A DNA stretch of 60,863 nt, counting the filler, from Bipalium vagum (lineage: Eukaryota): NCBI GenBank assembly GCA_037834085.1. It is 3 parts of 3 records of this genome, joined end to end, with 100 filler letters (N's around TTAATTAATTAA, not from the genome) between each part and the next. Parts side by side here need not be neighbours in the genome. Positions count along the whole stretch, not along the records: positions 1 to 26,343 come from JBBMKC010152564.1; 2 more parts are not named here. The stretch is one strand, 5' to 3'. The translations under genes were made by a program, and so were the position numbers. The notes under the pieces are model-generated. The model saw only the letters and a program-made list of their open reading frames with translations, did not search any database and was not told the DNA's origin. Shown here piece by piece: positions 14,192 to 26,443 of this stretch. Positions within the stretch are counted from its first letter, which is position 1, and each line of letters starts with the position of its first letter.

Positions 14192-14951
14192 CAGTGGTAT
14201 CTCGGCTTACTAACTTAATCCTTTCAAGGATTGTGCTCGTAAACCGAAACGTTTATTAACCGAAATATCAATTATAGTAGTATGTAAGTAAGATTATTTC
14301 GTTCCTATATAAAAATTTTTTTTCGTAAACAGAATTTTTTTGACTTTAGTGTTTGTAAACCGAGATTTTACTATAAATTTAATTTTAATTTAAGGTTTAA
14401 AAAATATCCTAATGATTATATTTTTATAAAACACATTTTTTGAAAAGAAACGGTTCTATTTAGATCAATAATTCTTTGCTGAAAAGGATACTCTTCTTCA
14501 ACATTAATTTAATCGGTGGTTTTTTCAATTGTCTCCTCAGATTTTCGTTAAAAATGTATCGATAGTCTGTATTTTTCTCTTTTTAGAGTCCTTAAAATTT
14601 TATATCGCATTGCTATTCATAATATTGATTGCACGTTTTACATCAAATTTGTTTGGATGGTAATTTTCAACAAATTTAAAGTACTTCGGTCCACTTATCG
14701 CATATGTCTTTGATGGTGACACTTGTGATATATTCTTCTTGTTTATCCTCAGAACACAGATCCTTTTCAAACACTCTGCTTCTCACACAAAAGCATTTGA
14801 AGGTCTTCTGTGATATACTTCTCGTCTGAGTCTAGTACTATCTCCACATCAGTATTGTTTACTTCTTTGATGTTCGCAAACCGAAGCATGTTTGTAAACC
14901 GACACAAAAAAAAATTCAGAAAATTTTTGTTCGTAAACCGAGGTACCACTG
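14192..14951 (-). mobile_element. Internally deleted pogo/Tigger-like DNA transposon
   Basis: TIRs CAGTGGTATCTCGGCTTAC and GTAAACCGAGGTACCACTG. The minus strand keeps Tigger C-terminal-like peptides (EVNNTDVEIVLDS; FVENYHPNK..RAINIMN). Confidence 0.7.
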
Positions 14952-15560
14952 AAGTGTTATTATCGAACAAGTTTTTTATGGCCTTCCCAATCTCTTCCTC
15001 TAAATTTATTGATTGCCTAAACGGCTTGACATTGATTGGCCTTCCTCTGGTTTTGATTTGATGCTTTCCCCATTTCAGCCATGAAGACATCTCCGTATTT
15101 ATAAATGATCAATCTGAGTTTCTTATCCCTCTTGTATCTTTTAAGATCAACGCTTTTCTGATTCTTTCGTCATTTTGTATTAATTTTCCAAAGTTTGGTT
15201 GAATTTAAAAAAATTTCCATTGAAGTCTTCGCCATTATCTTTCAGCATATTTTCCCCGATTCTGATTTCTTCCGTTGTATTTCTCTATTTTGACCTGTCT
15301 CCCTCACGACGAATTTTATATCCGAATAACCTTTGAAAATCGATTTCAGCAATCAATCCCGGTACTACGTTCTCCACGACAATAAATTCGACTTCTCAGT
15401 GTATTCCTTCGTGTATCTTTCCTAAGGTACAGTTTTTGTATCATTTGAACAGCGTAATTAATCACTACTTCCTTCTATACTTAACTTCCATAGTTTCTGA
15501 AAATATCTATTACTCATATCACTTACTCCTGCTCTTGTGCCTAACAGGGTAAGAACTCGA
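14952..15560 (-). mobile_element. Ty3/gypsy pol fragment (aspartic protease and RT leader)
   Basis: LLGTRAGVS (degenerate LLDTGA), EFIVVENVVPGLIAEIDFQRLFG, HQIKTRGRPINVKPFRQSINLEEEIGKAIKNL. Confidence 0.75.
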
Positions 15561-15569
15561 CAAGCCATA

Positions 15570-16554
15570 ACCGAAGGGGAAGCATAGGAACAGATGGCGC
15601 ATGTACCGGCAGAGACAAATATCGAAAAGGTGAGAAAGTAGCCTGGGTGGTCACTTATTCGGACTATATGGTCCAGTTACGTGAGTTCGAGGGAGTATTC
15701 GATTCTATCACTGGAAAGATGCTTTCACATCCACTTTGTAATTTAAAGCATAAGACGTGCAATACCGGAGAATCGTTATTGGTGTATAGAGTGCCAATTA
15801 CCGATTGCGATATGATCTTCTTAAAGAAGATAGTGTTCGTGCAGTTGGAGGGCGAAAAGGATAAAGAGAGCATGAGCAGATCAAGAAGAGTGGGGAAAAC
15901 GTATCCTATAATAGAATTTGTGGAACGAACCACAAAGGCATATTCGTGAGCTATCACAGCATGGCGGCACCGAAAAAGTTGAGCAAAACGGTCGTGAAAC
16001 TGGCGGATTACACGAATACGAAATTGGATTTTGTATACCATGTTCTACAGCATGCAATGAGAGAAATGTATCATGACGTAGTTGGTAATGACTGCAAGTT
16101 AAATCGGAAGTTGTTGAAGACGAGGTTTGCTATGATAATTAGCAACTCAGAGCTAGTAGCGTCTTTATTGTTATCAGACAAAGGTATTTTTGCACGAATG
16201 TTGGAAGTCAATTATAGTTATAAGTGATCAGTGGTAAACGTGCAGTTAAAGAGAACCGAAGAGTGTACAAACAAATTATTGGTTATTTGGAGAAAACGAA
16301 AGTTGGAAAGGGAAGCAGTTGGGAGAATGACAAATTTGATTATAGTCGCAGGAACCGATGGAGCAGTTTTAATGAAGGAAGAAGGAGCGTTAGGTCTCCA
16401 TATGAGGAAGTGTTGGAGAAGAGAGCAAAGAACAGCTACAAGAAGAAAGCTGGAGAGGCTATCGAGCTTGGAGCTGATAACAGAAATACAACCGTTAGCA
16501 AATAACGGAGAGGGATTGGTTTTGGAATTGTATCCGAAGATAAAACTGGAATGA
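15570..16554 (+). pseudogene. Envelope glycoprotein remnant (class III gB/chuvirus-G-like) of an LTR retrotransposon
   Basis: DGACTG..; YTNTKLDFVYHVLQHAMREMYHDVVGNDCKLNRKLL..ASLLLSDKGIFARM.EV.Y.YK*..VNVQLKRTEECTNKLLV; Cys spacing fits gB-like env. Stops, frameshifts and internal deletions. Confidence 0.7.
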
Positions 16555-16687
16555 GCCAGGTTCTGGAACATCGAGGAAGAAGCCGGATTGATATGATAGG
16601 AAGTAATATAACAAACGTCGTGATTTTGTTACAAATTCGTTAATTGTTGAAGAATCGGAGGACCGAATCGTTGTAAATCGGGAGTAT

Positions 16688-17530
16688 TGTTGGGTTTGAA
16701 GAATAATAATAATAATATTCGTTGAATAATAATTAATTTTAAATAATAATAATAAGAATAATGATAAGTTTTAAATAGTAATAATAATTTTTTATTAATA
16801 ATAATAATAATTTTTTTATGTCATTTTTATAATGACAAAATCCCGCCGTGGGGATTATTTTTTTGATCAGGGTAATTGATTCCTGTCGGGAATCCATAGT
16901 CTCGACAGAAGAAGACTATCTCGGCGTGGAGATAGTGGGAAGCAATAGTCGTCTCCGAGTAGGGATTGGTGATCATAGACCAATCCCTACGCCTATAAAA
17001 GGAGATGGCTATTCTCGTTCAGTTGCCAAAAAATAAAAGCAAAGATTTTCAAACGGAGAAATCAGTCGAAAATCAAAAGTAACCATTGCTTAGGCAGCGG
17101 GATTTATTCAAAATTATGCAGTCGGATTTTTTTTTCAAGGGGACCCCGCGAGCTAGAGAACCCCTAGGCGACCTGAGAAGGGCCTAGAGCGTGACCCGAG
17201 GACCCCCCCCCCCTTTTGGACGGTTTCGGTGAGATCGTTTTTGGTTATTTTTATTTTCATTTTCTTTTGTTCTTCAATTTTATTATTATTACTATTATTA
17301 TTATTATTAGATTTAAATTTAGAAAAGCGGGATTTCAGTTAACATTTCTTTTGTGATTGATTTAATATTTGTGATTGTTGATACAAATAAAGTTTTATTT
17401 CGAATTGATTATTGAGGGAACGGATATTGTATAGTGGAGGGTGTTTTATATTCAAAGAAAAAGAGAGGTATTTCGAACACGAGTTACACAAAGTGAGGAG
17501 TCACGTGCAGACGAGCACACGTTACTGCAT
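16688..17530 (+). mobile_element. Probable 3' LTR following the env remnant (right end approximate)
   Basis: Gypsy-like pre-LTR motif TCGGAGGACCGAA...AAATCGGGAG, then TGTT. TATAAAA at 16994 and AATAAA near 17386. Confidence 0.55.
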
Positions 17531-18199
17531 TTTAGTATAATAGTAACAACAGGAACAATAGGAATATAAAATACTAATTTAAATCCTAAAGATGATACTC
17601 CTTTTAAAATTGCTTATCCAATCTCAACAATTTCAGTTATACAGTTACCTCCTAATTTTAAATGAGAATCTATTTTTTATCTTTAAATTTTATTATTTAA
17701 TCATGGAATAATAAATTTTCTAAAACTATTTTTTCATTCATAAAATTTTAGATTTTAATTTTTCTACTTGATCAATTAAAGGATTAAAAAATAGTTCTTA
17801 TTTTCATAAATAAATTTATTATATTATAAAGTAAAATAAATTGGAGCAATTTGTTTTGTTCATTATAGTATTCATATTTCCCCCCATTTTTTAGATATAA
17901 AGTTTGAATTTTTTAAAAAATTTTACATCATAGAGTATATTAAAATAAAACTTTTCATAAAAATTTCAATTTGTTTTATTTTTGCTTCATTTATAAATCT
18001 TTTAAAAAATAAAATTTTATAAATTTCTATTTTTTGTATATTAAATCCAAATTCAAATTTATGATTATTAATCAATAAATAAATTATATTACAAAATAAA
18101 TTACTAGGTTGTCCAGTATGAAATTGCAGATTTCTTATATTAATTTTAAAATTAAAGTTAATCACAAACGTTAACAATACATTGTTTTTTTATATATAC

Positions 18200-19337
18200 G
18201 AAATTAAAGAGTAACTTTCGAACTTTAATTTAAAGTAAAAGTTTTTTTTATCGTTCTTTACTAGGCATGATTGATCAACAAATTCGAGTATGCATATTAT
18301 ACGAGTTCAAACTTAACCACAATGCATCAGGAGCAACTCGAAACCTTAATGCTGCATGGGATGAGGGTAGTATAAGCGAAAGAACAACACAGATATGGTT
18401 CAAAAAATTCGAGACGGGGACCTAAGTCTCCAAAACCAAGACCGCGAAAGATCCAATTCCCTCTTAAATGAAGCCCAATTGAAGTCAGCTGTCGAAGAAA
18501 ATACTCGAACAAATGTTAGAGAACTTGCTTAAGTTCTCAATGTGTCCAAATCAAAAATCTCCATCCATCTAAAAGAGATTGGTAAGGTTAAGAAGCTTGA
18601 TTCATGTATTCTCCATGATTTAACAGAAAATCAACAAAAATATCGATTGCAAATCTGTTCGTCATTAATAAATCGGAACCAAATTGATCCCTTCTTGTCT
18701 CACATTATAACATTCGATGAAAATTTGATTGTGTACAACAATCGTAGACGATCAGCGCAATGGTTAAATGCTGATGAGAAGCCGAAAACCATGTCTAAAC
18801 CAAGCCTTCACCACAAGAAGGTTATGATAACTGTGTGGTAGTCTGAGGATAGCTTCATACGTTACAATTTCTTGAAATCAGGTGAAACGATTACCGCACA
18901 GTCATACTATCAAGAAATTGAGGCTATGCACACAAAGCTGATTCAAAAACAACCAGGTCTTGTAAACCGAAAGGGGCCAATCTTGCTTCAGGATAATGCA
19001 AGACCATGTGTTTCTAAAGTGACCTTACAAAAATTACATGACTTACAGTACGAAGTTTTGCCTCACCTACAGATTACCACCTGTTCAAACAAATGGATGC
19101 ATTTCTGACTAATAAAATTTTCCAGGACCAAGGTTCCATCGAAAAGGACATCGCTCAATTTTTCGATTCAAGAAATTCGGAGTTTTATCAAAAAGGAATT
19201 AAGCAGTTATTATTCTGATGGCAACAGTGTGTCAAAAGCGATGAGAAATATTTTAATTAATAAAATTTATTTACAAGCTGTTTTTGAATTTTTTAAAATA
19301 ATATTGAAAATCCGCAATTTCATACTGTACAACCTAA
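18200..19337 (+). mobile_element. Mariner element, degenerate near-full-length transposase, right TIR intact
   Basis: MIDQQIRVCILYEFKL.. from 18267, IITFDEN, KKVMITVW, PILLQDNARP. Ends ...CATACTGTACAACCTAA + TA. Confidence 0.9.
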
Positions 19338-19399
19338 TATTTCTTTTCTGAATTATAATAAAAAATTATAATAACGTAAAAATAATAAATTAGTTCCAT

Positions 19400-21100
19400 T
19401 GTAATTTTTTTAATTTATCTCAAGCTAATTTTTTTCCATTCAACCTGAAATACATTTCTATATCTATTAAACTATCAAAAAGTATGATAATGTTTTTTTG
19501 TACGAAAAAGTATAATTCTATCATCTTCATATGTAAGTGTGTCTGCAAACATTATGATTAAAAATTGATTTTCAAGTGAAAAAATCTTTCTTGAGCATGT
19601 CAAATGCCCATCGATATCAACTTTAATAAATAAATTTTCAAGTCTTATATGTTCATAACTTCTTGATTTCCAAGCTGATTGCCATTTGAATTGTTTAAAT
19701 AGTTCATACATTTTTTTATATTCATCTAGGCAAAAGAATATTTTAATTTTTATCCTAGTATTATTTATGAAATTTTCTACTTCTTGTTATTTTTATAATA
19801 GCATGATTTTCTGTGCAAACATTTTTAAATTTCTTTGAATTCAGCTTGTCATTTTTTGAGAGATTCAAATAATTATTATTGATTATTAATTGTAGAATAT
19901 TTTAGTTCTGGGTCGTTTTCAATTTCTTTAAAATTTTTTTCAACCGCTTTTAGGTTTTTTAGGAAAATTTAATTTTAAATTTTTTCTATTATAGTTAATA
20001 TTGTATTTTTTCTTTAAATATTTTTAGTTGTTTTTGAATGTTAAATAAAAGAGAATTATTTTTTCTGCTCATCATTCTAAATATACTATATTCATTTAAT
20101 AAATCGTTTTAACTTATTTTAAACATTACCTCATTTACAATTGTCAAATTTACAACATCATTATAAACTTTCTTCACACACTATAATGAAAATATTTAAA
20201 ATTGGTAAAACATACTCCATATTCCAATACTTTCTTTGATCTTCACCATAATTATAAAAAAAATAAAATCTTTTGAGTGCGAAACAACTTATAAATCGAT
20301 AAAATCTGAACTTATTAGTTTAAGTTCATATTCATTTATCGCTTTAAGTTCGTATCCAATTTCTTCTCGTATACATGCTTAAGTCTTTAATTAAAATATA
20401 ATTATTTTCATAAAATAATAAAAATATTATTCCATTCTGATTGTTGTTATCTGAATATTAAATAATTGAATGAGATTAAAAGGGTAAAACAACAAATGAT
20501 CTTCCTCTTAACACTTTTATTTCATTAATTGAAAATATTTAAGTATGAAAAACTATCAATTATTCAACGAGATATTCTTTAATCCCTGTCAAGTATTTTC
20601 CATTTATTCCAATATAGATTTCATAACATTTTCTGTTTCTGATTTAATATTATTTTTCCTGGAGCACATGAACGTTTTAAGCTAAAAAATTCGAAATCAC
20701 TTGGTTGAAAAAATTTTATATTTGAATTTATAGAGAATTTAAGTGGTTTAAAAAATCTTGAATATGATGAAATATAAATTCTTTAGGCTTAGGAATAAAA
20801 AGATAGATAATTTTTATATCATTTCCTTTATACACATATTTCGAAATTAAATAACTTTTTGATGAATTATGAAATCTACTTTGTAAAGCTATATCCTTTT
20901 TATCATTAAAATTTGCTAAATTTTAATGATCAATTTGGTGATTCATATTTTTTTGAATATTGGAGTTTTTTGGATTATTATAACAATATGTGTAATTCTT
21001 GTAGTAATTTTCTGTAAAAATCTCCACAAATATCATTGTCTATTTGGTGGTTGAAAATTATTTATGGTAAAGGAGTGTCGTACTAATTTATCTTATCATC
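19400..21100 (-). mobile_element. Probable Polinton/Maverick-type polB N-terminal remnant
   Basis: Eroded LRGRSFVVLPF..SII.. near 20520-20430 resembles the LRGSSYIxLP..IINIQN motif of these ORFs. Long coding-like but stop-riddled tract. Confidence 0.4.
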
Positions 21101-21525
21101 CTACATATTTTAAAAAATGTAAAACACAAAAAAGATTAAAAAATAGTTTTCATATAATAGGGAAAACCTGCCTTTCAAGAAAGGAAACCCTTTTATAATT
21201 ATTTATTTCGAGCTTGTACTTTTTCTTATTTTTTACTTTAAGTGAGCGGAAGCGAATTATTCGAATATTTCGGTTTACTAATTCCTTACATTATTTTATC
21301 CATTTGAATTTCATTTTTAATTTTATAAGTATAACAACTTAAACCATTAATACTAACTTTATTTCATTCACTTAAAACATTTCTGGTTTATGAATTCTCG
21401 ACAAAAATTGTCTATTTTCTAAGGAAAAAAAATATTATACATCTCAAAAGTTATATTGTCAAAAAGGCAAATTTTTATTTCAGCAAAAAGCAATAGATAA
21501 AAATTTAGTTAACTGAATAAATCCA

Positions 21526-24500
21526 TTACAAAGTAGATTTAGCACCATTTTGATTATTGGTATTTAATTTATCTGGTGGGGGAACATGGTTTTGATTGGC
21601 TGCTTTATCCTCAGATTTTGCTGCTTCATGAAGATTCATATTTTTTGGTATATATCTCAGACTTTCATCTTGGTCCGACTGAAATTCACATTGCGATAAG
21701 AAAATAATTCATAACAATTTCATTTTATAATAATAATAATATCATAAAAACCGATTGTTGTTTATCAGTCATAATTTAAAGTTTTAAGTCATATTTCTTA
21801 TTTTTAAACCATTTTGTTAAAATAAACATATAAGCGGATTTTCAAGTAAATTTTTAATCCGATGAAATTCAAATTTTAAATGTGGTAATGCCAAAAACGA
21901 AAATTAAACCCTGTAAGCCATTTAAGAAAAATGGTTATTGAATTCGGAAGACATCTTTCCCAGTTATGAACTTATTTTATTTTATAAAATATGCAATACA
22001 AAGGTGCCTGCAGACAGACGATTTAATATGGAGCAACACATTTCTAGCAATAAAAACACGGACGTGGAATCGAAAATAAAGTGAGAATTGAAATGTTGTA
22101 TTTGAACCTACTATGTCAACATTTTCAATTGATTTATGTGACGCATTTAATTCCGACAATATTCCACTTGGAAAGTTAGAAAATGCAAATCTGAATTTTT
22201 TTGTTAAAATATGCAGGTAATGAAATTCAACATGAATCCACACTCGGAAAAAATATATGTGCGCTGTGACCAAAGTAAAGATAAGTGGAAAAATATTGGT
22301 TTCTATTGATGAAACCACTGAAGTTTCGGACGCATTATTGCAAATGTTATTGTAAGTACATTATCGGAATCAAACTTTACACCAAGCGAGGTTCTTGAAA
22401 ACACGAATAATTTTTCGATTTCCAAGTTCGATGTGTCTGTGCTTATGTTATGACCAGATGAAATCGAATGTGAGAATTTTTTATTATTTGTAACTGATGC
22501 ATTACCATATATGTAAAAGCGTGGAAATCTGGACGGTCTCTTTACATAAACATGGTTCATGTGACATGTGTCTTGCATTTTTGCATAAAATATGCGAAGA
22601 GATTAGAAAATTATTTCATACATTAGGTTGTAAAGTTCAAAATCCGACTTATAAACTAATTTTTGAGACCATATTTCTCAACAATAAATAAAAAAAATTA
22701 CTATTACTAAATAATTAGTAATTACTAAATAATTAGTAATTACTAAATAATTAGTAATTACTAAATAATTACTATTTATTTAATGTTAGTAACACGTTGT
22801 TTTACTGATTAGTTTGATTTAATAATTTTGCAACATTTTAAATAATTAGATAAAATTAATTTTAGATGAATACTGAAGAAATTGTTTGATATATGAATTT
22901 AGAAAGGGATCAACCAGCTTAAATGCATTTAAAAACATATCAACAACCTATCCTGAATGTAATCTGTGACTAGATACAGTGTCAAAGATGGTTTAGAAGA
23001 TTTAAAAGCGGAAATTTTGATATTTCTGAAAGAAGAGAAGTTCATCAAATTTGGATAACAATGTTCTTCTATCTCTTATCGAGGGAGATCCTATGTGTAC
23101 AACGCGTCATTTTGAAGATTACCTTCAGGTCTCCCACACTACCATTCCTCATTGCTTGAGTGAAAACAACAAAAAGCGCAGATTGTTGACTTGTTCTTCT
23201 CTTCTCCAAAGATTCAAAAACGATAATTTTTTAAAACGAATTGTAACAGGAGATAAAAAGTTGGTGTGCTACGTCAAAATGAAAAGAAAAAAGCAATGGC
23301 TTACGCCTAACTAGAACCCGATACCCACTGCCAAACCAGACCTTCATCCTCGCCGAATTATGATGTCTGTTTGGTGGGATTATCGTGGAATAATATATTA
23401 CGATCTTTTACCACGTAACATAACTATCACAGGACAGGTTTATTGTGACCAATTAGGAAGGCTTGAGGTGAAATTAAAAAAATCCAGACCAGGATTGATA
23501 AACAGAAAGAACATGACAATGCCAGATCCCATATTTATAAAATCGTACAGTTCTTCCTCATCCGGCGTACTCACCTTATATCACGCCTTCGTATTATCAT
23601 CTGTTCAGATCTCTTCAAAATTATCTGAATGGAAAAGAATTTTCTAAAGAGGTCGATATCAAAAACGTCTTGGACAATTTCTTTATGTCTAAGTCCACCA
23701 GTTTTTATGAGGAAGGAATCATGAATTTACCTATAAGGTGGCAAAAGATCATAGATAACAATGGAAATTACTTTTGTTAAGTTTCTTATTTTATCTATGT
23801 AAAAATTCATTTTTAAAAATAAATTGTATTAGTTGGATTTTGAACTTTACAACCCAATAGTTGATCATTTTGGGTCGATATATTCCGTAAACTTGCTCCT
23901 AATTTACTCTACCTCCACAACCAATACTAACTCGATGGGGAACATAGTTAAATGATAACATTTACTTCTGAGAATTTAGCGTCTCAAGAGATATAAAATC
24001 GCAGTATGATGGTAAAGATTCAATTGCAATTAAGTAAGCACAAAGTACTTTTGATTTTAGTGACATCCAAAATGAGTTGGTTTACATAAGAGCTAATTTT
24101 GCGTTTCTATTCGATATAATTAAGAAAATTTTAAGAGAGCTTTTATTAGTTGATACCCTTAATATTTTCGATTCTGTGGAGAAATCATAACATAAAGTAA
24201 GAGGTGACAAAGGGCAAGCAATTCTCAGAAATTTTACGGTCAAAATTGATAAAAATGTATGTTGTAAATTAATGAAAAAATATTAATGTAATATTATCGG
24301 GGAACAACATTGACAACATGAGGTCTCCAAATAAAATATCTAAGGACTATGTCCTATTTATGAAATATACTCAGATTACATATATTAATGTGGAACGCTC
24401 ATTTATCATATATTAAAATATTCTTGCAGATAACTGGAGATCTTTTTCACTTGAAAACTTAAGCAAATATAAGTTGTGTATTGTAATAAAAAAAAGTACA

Positions 24501-25397
24501 TAAAGACTCATTTTTATTATATTTTTTCTAAACTTTCCAAATGTTAATTAATATGTTTAGTGTCATATTTTTACATGTATTTGTCATTTTTCTATTTTAT
24601 AAAGTCATAAAAATTCGACCCCTAATAATAACTAAATTATAATACAATACAATTTTGTATTATAAGCGTTACTGATTTACAACCATACTTATTGATAATT
24701 TTCAACTGAGCACTTTCTTGATTGATTAAAAAAAATCACTATCTCAGGATATTTTTGTAATGTGAAAACGGAAATGTCAAAATATTTACAACAGAGACAT
24801 GTCAATATTAAATAAAAAGAGAAGCAATTCGGAGAAAAGATAAAACAATCTTCAAAATCAAATTTATTGATTTCTTAAATTAATTAATTTTTTTCAATAA
24901 AATTAAAAGAAAATCAATAATTAATTTTTTCAAGAACTGATATTTTGCTGATTAAAATTTAAATAACGGAAAATGATTTTAAAAAGACTAAACACTAACA
25001 AATTCGTCTTCCTCCTCATCTTCATTCTGATTATACTCGTCCTCATAATCTTTGAATTCCTTGTCTGAGTACGGTCTTTTATCTTCCTCTTCTTGAGTCT
25101 AAAACGAAACAAAATAATGCGGGAAAAAGAACGATAAATTTAAATCGATAAGTGATCAATAACCATTTAAAAATTGTTAGTGACAAAAAAACAAAAAAGA
25201 AACATTCTTCATACCTTCCACTCAGAATCGTCTCGAAACTCATTAGTTTTAGTGTAACTGAGAAACTCATCCTTCGAGATCATGTTGTCATTGTTCCTGT
25301 CCATCGACGACATCATCTCTTGACGCATGCGCATCATTTCGTGGTACTTTTCTTGCATATCATCGTCGGTATTGTTGGCCTCGTATACTTTGGCCAG
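21526..25397 (-). CDS. NUCB: Nucleobindin, 3' part; exons 25397-25215, 25098-25000, 21678-21526 (stop)
   Basis: LAKVYEANNTDDDMQEKYHEMMRMRQEMMSSMDRNNDNMISKDEFL (second EF-hand region of nucleobindins), then an acidic tail. Phase-0 GT-AG joins and a downstream AATAAA on the minus strand. 5' exons are not seen before the gap. The last exon is inferred from phase and polyA signal only. Confidence 0.8.
22623..23857 (+). mobile_element. Mariner element with both 27-bp TIRs
   Basis: TTAGGTTGTAAAGTTCAAAATCCGACT and AGTTGGATTTTGAACTTTACAACCCAA + TA. FLKRIVTGDKK, MMSVWWDYRGIIYY. Confidence 0.92.
22704..22772. repeat. 18-bp near-palindromic tandem repeat (TTACTAAATAATTAGTAA, ~3.7 copies) inside the mariner 5' region
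   Basis: Directly visible. Confidence 0.9.
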
Positions 25398-26267
25398 CTG
25401 TGAGAAAAATGGTTTCATATTCATCATCAATCAACTAGTCAAAACTGTTCATAGAACAATAAAATGAAAAATGAGAATACAATGATATACATCGTTATCA
25501 ACAATTGATATTTTAAGTTTCTGATACTGAACGTCTATATTGATTGTCTGCAAGAGACATTAATTATTTTTTCAAAAGTAAATTTTAACAATAAATTCCC
25601 ATATTTTGAATTTTACTTAATCGTTGAACGATGAAAAATGAAAACAAAAGTTAAAGTCTCGAAAAAATGGTCATTACAGAATATCAATAATTTATATCAA
25701 TATCAATAAATCGACAATTTATTTATCTTGAACAGAACGAGGTTTGACTAATTTTACAAATATGTAAGAGAATCGATATTTATATTTGTAAAACAAATTT
25801 TTCAACGAGTTACCTGTCTTTCATATGTTTACCAAATATAATGTACCTTGATTGGCTGATGAATTAAATTTAGAAAATATAGTAAAAAGTGAAAAATAAA
25901 TTATCAATATATTATTTTATTGATTTTAAGGAATAGTTTTCAACATAAAACAACAAATTCACCTGACTGTCTCTTCAAAGGTTTTGATTATATTTATTAA
26001 TAGAACAGAAAAGGCTGATTTCAAAAATTAGTAATCAATAAAAAAAAATCTTAAAAAACAATTAAAAATTAAATCTGCCAATTCCAGTAAAAATAAAATA
26101 TTGATAATTTATCGATATACTAATAGTGATATTTTACATTTTGTTTGTGATTATTTGATAAAATATGAGGTTAATTTCTAAAATGATATTGATTGAATAT
26201 ATTGAAAAAAAATAAAATCAATATTTTAAATATTTTATAATTGATAAAAATTAATCACTGATATAGG

Positions 26268-26343
26268 TTTTAAAGTTTAATTTCGTATTTTTTAAGTTTA
26301 ATTTCGTAATTTTTAAGTTTAATTTCGTATTTTTTAAGTTTAA
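26268..26343. repeat. ~21-bp tandem repeat running into the gap
   Basis: TTTAAGTTTAATTTCGTA(T/A)TT repeated about 3.5 times. Confidence 0.85.
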
Positions 26344-26443
26344 NNNNNNNNNNNNNNNNNNNNNNNNNNNNNNNNNNNNNNNNNNNNTTAATTAATTAAN
26401 NNNNNNNNNNNNNNNNNNNNNNNNNNNNNNNNNNNNNNNNNNN
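26344..26443. other. Assembly gap with artificial six-frame-stop linker
   Basis: 44 N + TTAATTAATTAA + 44 N. Confidence 0.95.

Larger units (their letters stand above)
21750..24630 (+). mobile_element. hAT-like (DUF659/CGGBP1-related) transposase remnant split by a mariner insertion, within the last nucleobindin intron
   Basis: DLCDAFNSDNIPLGKLEN, VSIDETT, IANVIV, LLFVTDALPYM, then after the insertion PPQPILTRWGT and NVERSF..ILADNWRSFSLENL. Ends approximate. Confidence 0.8.

Noticed and set aside
17560-18200. AT-rich ORFs such as 17923-18177 (also 9579, 27173, 31227, 40640)
   Set aside because: F/I/K/N-biased translations expected by chance in highly AT-rich DNA; no motifs.
18771-18795. Hammerhead-like CTGATGA..GAAA core (also ~36490 on the minus strand)
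   Set aside because: No supporting stems I/III; both lie in mariner coding sequence.
22704-22772. CRISPR-like palindromic repeats
   Set aside because: No spacers and a eukaryotic context; simple tandem repeat.
26388-26399. TTAATTAATTAA palindrome as a biological site (also 43688)
   Set aside because: It is centred in symmetric N runs and is a standard six-frame stop linker.
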